In this document: positions 16,122-25,192 of the stretch, piece by piece
Position numbering within the stretch: the stretch's first letter is position 1
Layout: each line of letters opens with the position of its first letter
Origin: Pirellulales bacterium
GTDB lineage: Bacteria; Planctomycetota; Planctomycetia; Pirellulales; JAICIG01
NCBI GenBank assembly: GCA_035694685.1
Contig: DASSFG010000305.1
Span: 1-50,198 of the forward strand
Reading direction: 5' to 3'
DNA: 50,198 nucleotides
Made by a program: the position numbers and the translations under genes
The notes under the pieces: model-generated
Told to the model about the DNA's origin: nothing
Seen by the model: only the letters and a program-made list of their open reading frames with translations
Database searches by the model: none

Positions 16122-17042
16122 GATCGTCACCGACTTCGATTCCGGCGGTACTGCTTTGTCAAACAGGATGGATTGAGCGTCGAACACCGGGCCTTCGATA
16201 CAGGTGCGGCGATAGTCCCAACCGCCGCGGTCGTCGCGCACGCGGGCCACACAGGTGAAACAGACGCCGATGCCGCAAGCCATCGGTGTTTCCAGCGAAA
16301 GCTGGCAGCGCACACGATACGACGCTGTCATCTCGGCCACCGCCGCCATCATTGGCTCGGGACCACAACAGACCACACGGCACGCGGCGACGTCAATTTC
16401 TGCGGCGAGCAACTCGTCGAGCAGGGCCGTTACCAGCCCGCGTTGGCCGGCGGTACCGTCGTCGGTGCTCACGCGCACCATCGCTCCCGCCCGCTCGAAG
16501 TCGTCGATGCCGGCCAGGTAATCGCGCATGCGCGCGCCGTAGCAGAGCGTGACTCGCTCGGCCCAGGGAGCCGTGCGCGGCCATTCGCCGTACGCTCGAC
16601 GGCCGAGCGCTTCGCGCGTGACAGCCACGAAGGGCGTTTGCCCGATGCCGCCGGCAACCATGATCAGGTGCTGGGCTGGTTCGGGCGAAAAGCCGTTGCC
16701 CAGCGGCCCCCAAACTTCGAGCGTTTGGCCCGGCGAACAGCTTGCGAGTTTGCCCGTGAGCTTGCCGGTGACCAAATAAACAAGGTCGATTCCGATCGGA
16801 CGGCCCGCGGAGTCGAGCACGGTGTCGTAGAGCGCCAGCGGTCGGCCCAGCAACGGATCGTCGTATCCCGCGAGCCGTAACATGACGAATTGACCGGGAA
16901 CGATCTTCCCGGCAATTTCGGGACAGCGCACGCGAAGGCGATACGTATCGCGAGCCAGCCGAACGTTTTCTTCGACCGTCACCGCGCCAAACCAGGCACG
17001 ATCGGCATAGTTTGCGTGGGGCTGCACAGCGGAACCATTCAT
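16116..17042 (-). CDS. pyrK: Ferredoxin-reductase-type FAD/2Fe-2S electron-transfer protein (dihydroorotate dehydrogenase B PyrK-like subunit)
   Basis: 308 aa. It has an FNR-like fold (GQFVMLRL, MVAGGIGQTPF) and the C-terminal cluster motif METPMACGIGVCFTCV. No pyrD is adjacent, so the physiological partner is unknown. Confidence 0.7.
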   Translation of the reverse strand: MNGSAVQPHANYADRAWFGAVTVEENVRLARDTYRLRVRCPEIAGKIVPGQFVMLRLAGYDDPLLGRPLALYDTVLDSAGRPIGIDLVYLVTGKLTGKLASCSPGQTLEVWGPLGNGFSPEPAQHLIMVAGGIGQTPFVAVTREALGRRAYGEWPRTAPWAERVTLCYGARMRDYLAGIDDFERAGAMVRVSTDDGTAGQRGLVTALLDELLAAEIDVAACRVVCCGPEPMMAAVAEMTASYRVRCQLSLETPMACGIGVCFTCVARVRDDRGGWDYRRTCIEGPVFDAQSILFDKAVPPESKSVTIV

Positions 17043-17998
17043 CGCCGCTCGCCTGGTCGGAAACGAGCTCCCTTTTTTTGAGCCGATCGCTTGCGCCGTT
17101 CGCCTGGTGGACCGCTGGGGGCCGCAGGCCGCTCACGACTTGCGGTCGGTGAGGAGATGCGTTTGCTGCGACGCGGCTTGCCTGCCGACGTTCCGCGGGC
17201 CTTGCGTAAAGCCGCCAATTCGTCGCGACGCAAAGGGCGCCATTCGCCGGGAGCAATGTCTTTGAGGCGCAAGGGGCCGATCGCCACTCGTTTGAGCCGC
17301 ATGACTTTATGGCCCACCTTTGCCAAGATGCGGCGAATCTCACGATTGCGGCCTTCGGCCAGCACGATTTCCAACAAGGTGCTTTGCTTCAGCTCGTTGC
17401 GGACTTTGACGCTCGCCACGCGTGCCACGCCCTCCGCCAGCCGCACGCCCCGCCGCAGTGATTCGAGCACTTCAGCATTCGGATTACCGGCAACCAGGGC
17501 GTGGTAGGTCTTTTCGACGCCATACCGCGGATGCGTCAGCCGGTTGGCCAACTCGCCGTCGTTGGTGACCAGCATCAGCCCTTCGCTCGACAGATCGAGG
17601 CGGCCGACGGTAAACAACCGCTCTTTGGTTGCCGGCAACAGGTCGATCACCCGTGGCCTGCCGGAGGGATCGAAGTTGGTTGAAACAATGCCGACAGGCT
17701 TGTTGACAAGGTAATAGGCGCGCCGCGTCGGCTGCAGCGCCGCGCCGTCGACCCGGATTTCCTGCCGTTCGGCATCGACGCGCGTGCCGAGCTTGCGAAC
17801 GGTGCGGCGATCGACTTCAACACGACCGGCCAGAATCAATTCTTCGCAACGTCGCCGGCTGCCGATGCCTGCCGCGGCCATCACCTTTTGCAGCCGTTCA
17901 CCTTCCGCGGCGGCATTGGCTTCACCGCGCGCCTGGCGAGCCTCGGAGCCTGGGCGGTCTAGCATCGCGCGAGATCTCGGCCGGGTTGGTTTGCTCAT
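17039..17998 (-). CDS. rluB: 23S rRNA pseudouridine synthase, RluB/RsuA family, with an S4 domain and a basic tail
   Basis: 319 aa. The S4 domain reads GIGSRRRCEELILAGRVEVD, and the catalytic motif is TVGRLDLSSEGLMLVTNDGELANRLTHPRYG. Its stop overlaps the pyrK-like start (ATGA). Confidence 0.85.
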   Translation of the reverse strand: MSKPTRPRSRAMLDRPGSEARQARGEANAAAEGERLQKVMAAAGIGSRRRCEELILAGRVEVDRRTVRKLGTRVDAERQEIRVDGAALQPTRRAYYLVNKPVGIVSTNFDPSGRPRVIDLLPATKERLFTVGRLDLSSEGLMLVTNDGELANRLTHPRYGVEKTYHALVAGNPNAEVLESLRRGVRLAEGVARVASVKVRNELKQSTLLEIVLAEGRNREIRRILAKVGHKVMRLKRVAIGPLRLKDIAPGEWRPLRRDELAALRKARGTSAGKPRRSKRISSPTASRERPAAPSGPPGERRKRSAQKKGARFRPGERR

Positions 17999-18105
17999 AG
18001 CTTTGCTTACGCGGCTTATTGTTTACGCGACGTGACGGCAGGTAAGCTCAGCCTGGCGGCACGTTGGTCGGTTCGATCGTCGAACGCAGATGTCAGGTTC
18101 CGTCT

Positions 18106-18408
18106 TCAGCGAGAAATATCGGCTGGCGAGGCTTCCATCGGGGGCAATGAACTACCTGACACTGAAATGGTCGGCCCACTGTCCTGCCGCTCGTCTTCGG
18201 CGCCATGCTGACGCACAACAAGCTCCTGTAGATGGCGGCTCATTACGGCCATCAGCTCGTCGTCGTCGATATAACCGAGTCCCCGACCTACATGGATTTC
18301 TCCGAGAAATCCGAGATGGGCCAGCAATTGGCCAAGACGAACGTCGGGCGACAACGACCAGAGCTCAGCCAACATGGAGATCGCTTGATGCTGTAGGTCC
18401 GATGTCAT
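18106..18408 (-). CDS. Hypothetical 100-aa protein, translationally coupled to the upstream ParB/Srx-like gene
   Basis: Its ATG overlaps the upstream stop (ATGA at 18405-18408). MTSDLQHQAISMLAELWSLSPDVRLGQLLAHLGFLGE...; no family recognised. Confidence 0.55.
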   Translation of the reverse strand: MTSDLQHQAISMLAELWSLSPDVRLGQLLAHLGFLGEIHVGRGLGYIDDDELMAVMSRHLQELVVRQHGAEDERQDSGPTISVSGSSLPPMEASPADISR

Positions 18409-18701
18409 GGCAGCAAATCTCCGATTTTCGGGGCCGAGGCGAAAGGTCGCGGCAGCTTTCCGATCACTTCGACGTGGATCGTGGTCCCTGGGGCGAGCTT
18501 CGCGATGCGGCTTGCACGTGTCACACCATTATACAACATGAGGACGCCATCCGCACCCTCATAAACCCAAGGCGGCGGCATACCGTTCGCGCTGCGGCCA
18601 AAGAGCGCGATTTGCCGAGCAAGCTTGGCAGGATCCGCTCCTTGTTGGCGCGATGGCGGAACACGCAAATCAGCCGGATCGACATCGCGCAGCTCTGCCA
18701 T
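18405..18701 (-). CDS. Small ParB N-terminal/sulfiredoxin-fold-like protein
   Basis: 98 aa. DPADLRVPPSRQQGADPAKLARQIALFGRSANGMPPPWVYEGADGVLMLYNGVTRASRIA follows the ParB/Srx layout (l.....r.......kl..l..si...G...P..v....dg.y.l.dG..Ra.a). The assignment rests on pattern recognition only. Confidence 0.5.
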   Translation of the reverse strand: MAELRDVDPADLRVPPSRQQGADPAKLARQIALFGRSANGMPPPWVYEGADGVLMLYNGVTRASRIAKLAPGTTIHVEVIGKLPRPFASAPKIGDLLP

Positions 18702-18731
18702 TCTGAGAAAGCACTTACGATCGCGACTGAC

Positions 18732-19343
18732 CTACTTCTTGGCCTGCGCAAATCGCTCGCCCACTGCTGTCCAGTTGACGACGTTCCACCAGGCGGCGAG
18801 ATAGTCGGCGCGGCGGTTTTGATACTTGAGGTAGTAGGCGTGCTCCCAGACGTCGCAACCCAGAATCGGCGTGTTGCCGTGCATCAAGGGGTTGTCCTGG
18901 TTGGGAGTGCTTTCGACCACCAGTTTCTTGCTCTTGTCGAGGCTCAGCCAGGCCCAGCCGCTGCCGAAGCGGCCCATGCCCGCTTTGCTGAAGGCGTCTT
19001 TGAAAGCGTCGAAACCGCCCAGCTCGCTTTTAATGGCGTCGGCCAGGGGGCCGCTCGGTTCGCCGCCCGCCTTGGGGCCCATGATGGTCCAGAAAAGCGA
19101 GTGGTTGGCGTGGCCGCCGCCATTGTTGCGCACCGCTTGCCGGATGTTTTCGGGCACTTTGTCAATATTGGCGCACAGCGACTCGATCGACTGGTTGCCC
19201 AAGTCGGAATTGCCGAGGGCGTTGTTGACGTTCGTCACGTAAGCGGCGTGGTGCTTGTCGTGATGAATCTCCATCGTCTTGGCGTCGATGTGGGGCTCCA
19301 GCGCGTCGAAAGCGTAAGGCAGCGGCGGAACGGTATAGGCCAT
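18732..19343 (-). CDS. sodA: Fe/Mn-family superoxide dismutase (Mn-type signature)
   Basis: The start is chosen at [32 protein letters not shown] (ATG 19343, AGGAGGTG 7 nt upstream). The motifs [11 protein letters not shown] and [15 protein letters not shown] are present. Confidence 0.92.
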   Translation of the reverse strand: MAYTVPPLPYAFDALEPHIDAKTMEIHHDKHHAAYVTNVNNALGNSDLGNQSIESLCANIDKVPENIRQAVRNNGGGHANHSLFWTIMGPKAGGEPSGPLADAIKSELGGFDAFKDAFSKAGMGRFGSGWAWLSLDKSKKLVVESTPNQDNPLMHGNTPILGCDVWEHAYYLKYQNRRADYLAAWWNVVNWTAVGERFAQAKK

Positions 19344-19532
19344 GGCATTCACCTCCTGAAGGTTTACAGCGTGGAAGACATCGCGCTTGGCAGCATAACG
19401 AATTGCCGGAAAACTGGGTAGGGGCCGGGCGGAAGGGCCGCTGTGATCTGAGACAGCTTGACATCTTCTTCGACAAACACCTAGCATTGAGGGTATCGCT
19501 TACGGCAAATCCCGCTTGCCTGGTCCCCAATC

Positions 19533-21212
19533 ATGAATGCCCATATCTCCCATGACTGGCGCTTCGCGCCAATCAGTCGGCGGTCGGCGGCTTTGGTCGC
19601 TGCACTTGTTGTCGCTGCCTGTTTATCTGCGGCTTCCGATGCCCGTGCCCTCACGCCCGAAAGTCCCGAGGTGAAGCAGGTCATTGCCAAGGGAATCAAG
19701 TATCTCGAGTCGGCCAAAACCGGGAATTGGGAAAAACATCCGGGCATGCAGTCGCTGATCGGTATGTGCATCCTCAAACAGTACGGCGAGAACGGAAAAA
19801 ACCATCCCAAGGTCACCGAGGCAATCGCCGTCATTCGTGCCTGCGTCAAAGAGAACCGCGTTCGCTGCGAAGAGGAGATTTATGACATCGGCATCACGCT
19901 GCTTTTCCTGCTCGACCTGGAAATGGCACACGCTGGCGACTTCAAACCGGAAATGGAAGCGCTGCTGAACATCCTACTTAGTGCCCAGAAGCCCCACGGT
20001 GGCTTTGGTTATCCGAGCAAACCGACCGGCGACACCTCGATGACCCAATACGGCGCCTTAGGCATGTGGGCATGCCAGATGGTTGGCCTGGCGGTTCCCG
20101 TCGAGAATTGGGAGCGTTTGATCAATTGGCTGCTGCGCACGCAAGACCCCTCGGGCGGATATGGCTATCAAGGGGTGGATCCCGGTAGTTTCACCCTCAC
20201 GAAACAGGAAGCCGTCCGGCAGAGCATGACGGCGGCGGCCCTGGGAAGCCTCACGATTTGCGCTGTGTCGACCCGGTTGTTCGCTGAGAAGGAAGCCGCG
20301 ACGGGGCCGACACAATTGAAAAAAGTGGTCAAGCAAGAATCGCTAGCAAAGAGTATCGATCTCAACCTGGTCAGCGAGGCGCTTCGACGCGGACAGGGAT
20401 GGGTTGCCAGCCACTATACGCCCAATTACAAGGTCGATCTCGACCCCACTGGCAACCTTTGGACGTATTACTACATGTATGCTTTCGAGCGCTATAAGAG
20501 CTTTCTCGCCGAGCTGCCAGGTGCGCCCAAGGACGACAACAAGTGGTACGACGACGGTTATGCACATCTGGCGAAAGTCCAGGGCAAGGACGGGAGTTGG
20601 GAGGCGACCCAGTATGAAATGACCGCCCCCAATACCGCCTTCGCGCTATTGTTTTTGTTCCGCTCGACGCAGAAGATCATCTCGCACGCCAAGGCGTTTG
20701 GCGGTGGATTGCTGGTCGGTGGACGCGGGCTGCCGGAAAATGCCAGTGACCTGGAGTTGGTTCAAGGCAGTCTGCGTGCGAAGGCGCTCAAAGGTCCGGC
20801 CATGGAGTTGCTGCAAAAGCTTGCCGACCCCAACGATCCGAAATTCGAGGAAGCCGTGCGAGGCATGGAGGAGCAAAGCCTGGTCGAAGAGGGCGACCGG
20901 CAAACGGAACTGCAAAAGCGGCTGCGCAAAATGGCTGAGGGGCAGTCGCCCGAGGCCCGAGCGGCGGCGCTCAAGTTACTGGGGCGAACCCGGAATCTCG
21001 ACAACGTGCCGCTCTTGGTCGAATCGCTGCGCGATAAGGATCCGCAAATTTTTTTGGCCGCTACTGACGCTTTGCGATTTATTGCGCGCAAGTTCCCGCC
21101 CGCCGGGCAATTCGGCGGTGCTGATGCCGAGGCGCAAAAAGCAGCCATCCAATACTGGAAAGCCTGGTACCGCGATATCCGTCCGGACGCGGAGTTCGAC
21201 GACGACAATTAG
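19533..21212 (+). CDS. Secreted prenyltransferase/squalene-cyclase-like alpha-alpha toroid repeat protein with C-terminal HEAT-like repeats
   Basis: 559 aa with a signal peptide. It has repeated QW-like motifs (AQKPHGGFGY, RTQDPSGGYGYQG, VQGKDGSWE) and a C-terminal ALKLLGRTRNLDNVPLLVESLRDKDPQIFLAATDALRFI. Confidence 0.7.
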   Translation: MNAHISHDWRFAPISRRSAALVAALVVAACLSAASDARALTPESPEVKQVIAKGIKYLESAKTGNWEKHPGMQSLIGMCILKQYGENGKNHPKVTEAIAVIRACVKENRVRCEEEIYDIGITLLFLLDLEMAHAGDFKPEMEALLNILLSAQKPHGGFGYPSKPTGDTSMTQYGALGMWACQMVGLAVPVENWERLINWLLRTQDPSGGYGYQGVDPGSFTLTKQEAVRQSMTAAALGSLTICAVSTRLFAEKEAATGPTQLKKVVKQESLAKSIDLNLVSEALRRGQGWVASHYTPNYKVDLDPTGNLWTYYYMYAFERYKSFLAELPGAPKDDNKWYDDGYAHLAKVQGKDGSWEATQYEMTAPNTAFALLFLFRSTQKIISHAKAFGGGLLVGGRGLPENASDLELVQGSLRAKALKGPAMELLQKLADPNDPKFEEAVRGMEEQSLVEEGDRQTELQKRLRKMAEGQSPEARAAALKLLGRTRNLDNVPLLVESLRDKDPQIFLAATDALRFIARKFPPAGQFGGADAEAQKAAIQYWKAWYRDIRPDAEFDDDN

Positions 21213-21877
21213 CGCTCAGGGTTGCGAGCCTCGCAGATCAGCCTCGAGTCGTCTCGCGTCTCCACACTGCATAGCTCGGAGATGTTGCTTTGGCCCCAAG
21301 CAACATCGGCGACTGCCTCAAACCCCGCTTCGCGCAAGCGGCGGTGGAGTTCCTCGCGGTCGTACAACCAGGCGTGTCCCCAGCTTCGAAACGCGATGTT
21401 CAGCATTTCCGCGCGCGTCTGGATAAACTCAAATTGCGGCCAGCGGAGCCAGTCCTGATCGCGCCAATCCGACGACACGTATTTGCTCACCAGGTACTCC
21501 AACGACGGCATCGCAATTCGTAACGTGCCACTCGGCGCCAGGACGCGGCGGCACTCGGCCAGCAGTGCCACTCCACGGTCCACGGGAAAATGCTCCAGTA
21601 CGTGCTCAGAATAAACCAGGCGGCAACTCCCGTCAGGCAAAGGCAGGCCGTCATTCAGATCCCACACGATGTCGACACGCGGCAAGCGCTGTCCGTCGAG
21701 ATTCACCCAGTCTTCGAGGTAGTTGGCGCCGCACCCAAAGTGCAGAAGCAGGGGCCACGGCTTTCGCGCGACGGCGGCGGCAACTTGCCGACGGCGCACG
21801 GCCAGTCGGGCGCGACGCCAGACTCCCTTGCCTGCGAGTATGCACTTTTCATAGACGCGTCTCGGTAGCCTTGGCAT
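21209..21877 (-). CDS. Class I SAM-dependent methyltransferase
   Basis: The start is chosen at MPRLPRR (residue 115 of ORF 21209..22219), because the upstream part overlaps the GT4 gene. Motif I is LLLHFGCGANYLEDWVNLD, followed by the post-I/II blocks VYSEHVLEHF and LAPSGTLRIAMP. Confidence 0.8.
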   Translation of the reverse strand: MPRLPRRVYEKCILAGKGVWRRARLAVRRRQVAAAVARKPWPLLLHFGCGANYLEDWVNLDGQRLPRVDIVWDLNDGLPLPDGSCRLVYSEHVLEHFPVDRGVALLAECRRVLAPSGTLRIAMPSLEYLVSKYVSSDWRDQDWLRWPQFEFIQTRAEMLNIAFRSWGHAWLYDREELHRRLREAGFEAVADVAWGQSNISELCSVETRDDSRLICEARNPER

Positions 21878-21941
21878 GCTCTGAGCGTAATCTGCCCTCG
21901 CTCGAACGGCAATTGTCAACGGCTCCGTCCGCCTGAGCGAC

Positions 21942-23207
21942 TTAGAGCACAAGTTGCTCGATCGCCCTGGCCAGTTCTTCAGCCTTTTCTGCGGCTTGGT
22001 GGCGCGAGCGCGCGTAACTCTGCAAGTTGGCGCCCAGTCGCTGGCGCTCGGCATCGTTCGAGAGCAGATGCCGCACCGCCTCGGCCATGGCCGGCAAGTC
22101 GTCATGCGCCACGATTCCACCCGCACGTCGCGAGAGAAGGCCGTCGGGGTCGACCGACAAGGCCACCACCGGAACGCCGTATTTGCCCGCTTGTAGAAAA
22201 ACGTGCGGAAACCCTTCATAGGCCGACGTGTTCACCAGCAGGGTGGCGCGGCTGACGTAGCCCTCGATCAGATGGAAGGGCACGAACTCGATCAACCGGA
22301 CGTTCGGGGGCAAACGATCCACCACTGATTGAAAGATCTCCGGCTGCCCCCGATTTACGATCATGACGAACGGCGTGGGCGCGCAGAGCCGCGCGAGGTC
22401 CAGGCAGAGATAGGGCCGCTTGTAATCGTCCGCCTTTCCGATCCACAGCACGAATCGTTCCGGTAAGTCGGCTGGCGCTTGCGGCGCGGGTTCGTGGAGA
22501 TCAATCGGCTGGGCTATCAACGTACTCTCTCGCTTAAATCGCTCCCCTAGCAACGCTTGCTGTTCGGTGGTTTGCGCGATAATCAAATCGGCATGTGCCA
22601 ATCCATAGTGGCAGAGGTGTCCGGGCTCGGCATAAAGGTTGAGGGCACGCGAACCGCGACGATATTGCGACAGCAGATCGTAGTCCGACTGAATCATCAA
22701 CAGGCTCTTACGCGCGGCGCGGCGGCAATAAGCAACCACCTCGGCGGTAACGTGATGCACGCCGAAGGTCAGATAGACGTCCGCCGCCGCCTGCTCGAGT
22801 GCGTGACGCCGTTGGGCGACGTCAAAGCGATGAAGGTAAATTTCTTTGCTCAGACGAGCGTCTGCCCAGGCCACCCCGCCTAGCGGGAGTTGCCAGGCCA
22901 GAGAGGCAGACCACGAGCTGACCGTCAGCCAGGGAAACGTGCTCCGCCGTTGAACCGCCGGCCGAAGCCGCTCCAAGAAACGCTCACTCCACCGGGCAGG
23001 CGAAGGCAACGTAAACAGCTCGACACCGTCGACGCGCTCGTGCTGTGGCTGGCCGCAATCAAACACGGCGAATGAGACTTGATATCCTGGCCGGCGAGCG
23101 AGTTGCCGTGCAAAAAGCCAGGCGTAGACCTCGGCGCCGCCAAACCGGCCCGGAGCATCGGGATTGAAAAGCGGGTAGGCATACGGGCAAACAAAACATG
23201 CCCTCAT
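21942..23207 (-). CDS. Glycosyltransferase, GT-B fold (family 4-like)
   Basis: 421 aa. The C-terminal block LVNTSAYEGFPHVFLQAGKYGVPVVAL is the E(x7)E-type GT4 motif. Confidence 0.85.
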   Translation of the reverse strand: MRACFVCPYAYPLFNPDAPGRFGGAEVYAWLFARQLARRPGYQVSFAVFDCGQPQHERVDGVELFTLPSPARWSERFLERLRPAVQRRSTFPWLTVSSWSASLAWQLPLGGVAWADARLSKEIYLHRFDVAQRRHALEQAAADVYLTFGVHHVTAEVVAYCRRAARKSLLMIQSDYDLLSQYRRGSRALNLYAEPGHLCHYGLAHADLIIAQTTEQQALLGERFKRESTLIAQPIDLHEPAPQAPADLPERFVLWIGKADDYKRPYLCLDLARLCAPTPFVMIVNRGQPEIFQSVVDRLPPNVRLIEFVPFHLIEGYVSRATLLVNTSAYEGFPHVFLQAGKYGVPVVALSVDPDGLLSRRAGGIVAHDDLPAMAEAVRHLLSNDAERQRLGANLQSYARSRHQAAEKAEELARAIEQLVL

Positions 23208-23258
23208 GACCGAAATTCCTAGGTTAGTTGGTCAGTACACATCAGCTATAATACGATC

Positions 23259-23936
23259 ATGGTCGAGTCAAATGCGAGACGGTCGCTGGTCATCTGGGGC
23301 ACCTCCGGGCACGCTCGTGTCGTGGCGGACATTGTGCGGCTGGAGAACCGCTATTCGATTGTCGGCTTTTTGGACGACTCACGCCGAAGCGGCGACGCGG
23401 TCGAATGGCATGACGCTACGGTATTGGGAGGGCGCGCGGCCTTGCCGTCGTTGGCTGACCAGGGCATTGCGGCCGTGCTCATCGCGATAGGAAGTCCGCA
23501 TGTACGACTTCAATTGGCCGAGTTGTCGAGGTCGCATGGTCTCGAACTGGCGACTGCCGTTCATCCGCGGGCCGTGATTGCCTGCGACGTCGCTGTTGGT
23601 CCTGGTTCGGTCGTGATGGCCGGCGGAGTCGTTAATCCCGGCGCCCGTTTGGGACTGGCGACCATCGTCAATACTTTGGCGAGTGTCGATCATGGCTGCA
23701 CGCTAGGCGAGGGCGCCACCATTTGCCCGGGCGCTCGGCTCGGCGGCAACGTCACCGTCGACCGCGGCGCCTGGGTGGGCATCGGCGCCACCGTGCGGGA
23801 GCGCATCCACGTCGGAGCGAACGCGGTGATTGGCGCGGGGGCGGTCGTGGTACACGACGTTCCGCCGTTGACGGTGGTCGTCGGCATACCAGCTCGCGTC
23901 ATTCGCACGCTCGACGCGCCCTGGTCGCCGGCTTAG
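23259..23936 (+). CDS. Sugar N/O-acetyltransferase, NeuD/PglD/VioB family (left-handed beta-helix)
   Basis: 225 aa. The N-terminus is Rossmann-like (LVIWGTSGHARVVADIV), followed by hexapeptide repeats (VGPGSVVMAGGVVNPGARLG...VGIGATVRERIHVGANAVIGAGAVV). Confidence 0.85.
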   Translation: MVESNARRSLVIWGTSGHARVVADIVRLENRYSIVGFLDDSRRSGDAVEWHDATVLGGRAALPSLADQGIAAVLIAIGSPHVRLQLAELSRSHGLELATAVHPRAVIACDVAVGPGSVVMAGGVVNPGARLGLATIVNTLASVDHGCTLGEGATICPGARLGGNVTVDRGAWVGIGATVRERIHVGANAVIGAGAVVVHDVPPLTVVVGIPARVIRTLDAPWSPA

Positions 23937-23962
23937 CTCGGAATGGCTCGATGCCCTGTTTA

Positions 23963-25192
23963 TTACTCAATGGGCAGTGCCGCGGGTAGTGTGGGCGGCC
24001 GCCGCTTGAATTCATCGGCAACCTCGGCCGCGTGCCGCACCGCCAATCGCATGAGCGCCGCCACCGCGGCGATTTCGGCGGGTTGCACCGCGGCGCCGGT
24101 AGGGAGCAACAGCACCCGGCGCGACACTTCCTCCGTAGCCGGCAACTGCCGTTCGCTCTGGCCATGTGGTTCACGGTAGGGAACCGCGCGGTGGCAGCCG
24201 GGATAGAAGTAGCGCCTGGCAAGAACGTTTTCGCTCCAGAGCAGAGCCACGAGCTGGTCGCGCGGCAGGCCGCAGTCAGGGCCCACTTCGATCACCACGT
24301 ACTGGAAGTTGCACTTTTCCTGTTCATCGTAAGGCAGCACGCGGATGCCTGGCAGCGCATGAAGCTCGCGGCAATACGCCTGATAATTCCGCTGGTTGAC
24401 TGCGATGAAGTCGTCCATGCTGTCGAGGTTGGTGAGGGCCATCGCCGCCGCCGCCTCGTTCATCTTGGCGTTGATTCCCAAGTCGGCCACGCGATCATAC
24501 CCGGAGAAGCCGAAGTTCCGCATGAGTCGCAAGCGGTCGGCCAAGGCGCGGTCGTTGGTCGTCACCGCGCCGCCTTCGAAGGCGTTGACGAATTTCGTGG
24601 GGTGGAAGCTGAAAATTTCGGCCAGTCCGAATCCGCCCACCATGCGACCGCGGTACGAGCAGCCAAAGGCGTGGGCCGCATCGAACACGAGCTTGAGGTT
24701 ATGCCGCGCCGCGATCTCTTCCAGGGCGGCCACTTCGCCGGGCCGTCCCCAAAGATGTACGGCTACGATGGCACTCGTCCGCGGCGTAATCAGCCGCTCA
24801 ACGAGAGGCGGGTCTATGCGGTGCGTCTCGGGGTCAATGTCGCAAAACACCGGTTCCAGTCCCAGCCAACGCGCGGCGTGGGCGGTTGCCACAAACGTAA
24901 ACGAGGGCATGACCACTTCACCGCTGAGGTCGGCCGCCCGGAAGAGAATCTCCAGCGCGGCGGTGCCGTTGCCGACGGCCACACAGTGCTCGACGCCGAG
25001 CAGACTGGCGACGCGCGATTCAAACTCGCGGACTAACGGACCGTCGTTCGATAGCCAATGCCGGTCGAGTGCCCCGCTGAGCCGCTCGAAAAGCCGCCGT
25101 CGGTCGCCAATGTTGGGGCGGCCGACGTGCAAAGGTTCGGCAAACTCGGGCCGCCCGCCAAAGATCGCCAACTCGTTTAATTTTGTTTTCAC
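23963..25192 (-). CDS. DegT/DnrJ/EryC1/StrS-family PLP-dependent sugar aminotransferase
   Basis: The GTG at 25192 overlaps the wzt stop (GTGA). The motifs are LAIFGGRPEF..., CVAVGNGTAALEI and SFHPTKFVNAFEGGAVTTND (PLP lysine). Confidence 0.88.
   Translation of the reverse strand: MKTKLNELAIFGGRPEFAEPLHVGRPNIGDRRRLFERLSGALDRHWLSNDGPLVREFESRVASLLGVEHCVAVGNGTAALEILFRAADLSGEVVMPSFTFVATAHAARWLGLEPVFCDIDPETHRIDPPLVERLITPRTSAIVAVHLWGRPGEVAALEEIAARHNLKLVFDAAHAFGCSYRGRMVGGFGLAEIFSFHPTKFVNAFEGGAVTTNDRALADRLRLMRNFGFSGYDRVADLGINAKMNEAAAAMALTNLDSMDDFIAVNQRNYQAYCRELHALPGIRVLPYDEQEKCNFQYVVIEVGPDCGLPRDQLVALLWSENVLARRYFYPGCHRAVPYREPHGQSERQLPATEEVSRRVLLLPTGAAVQPAEIAAVAALMRLAVRHAAEVADEFKRRPPTLPAALPIE

Noticed and set aside
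16068-17343. ORFs 16068..16880 (+) and 16393..17343 (-) overlapping the pyrK-like and rluB genes
   Set aside because: These are alternative-frame or antisense shadows. The accepted frames carry the FNR/2Fe-2S and pseudouridine synthase motifs.
18090-19421. 443-aa plus-strand ORF spanning 1.3 kb
   Set aside because: It runs antisense across three well-supported minus-strand genes (the two small genes and SOD). Its composition is Ala/Arg/Gly-biased and it carries no recognisable domain.
21878-22219. Upstream 114 codons of ORF 21209..22219
   Set aside because: They overlap the 3' end of the GT4 gene in another frame. The methyltransferase fold begins shortly after the internal MPRLPRR start.
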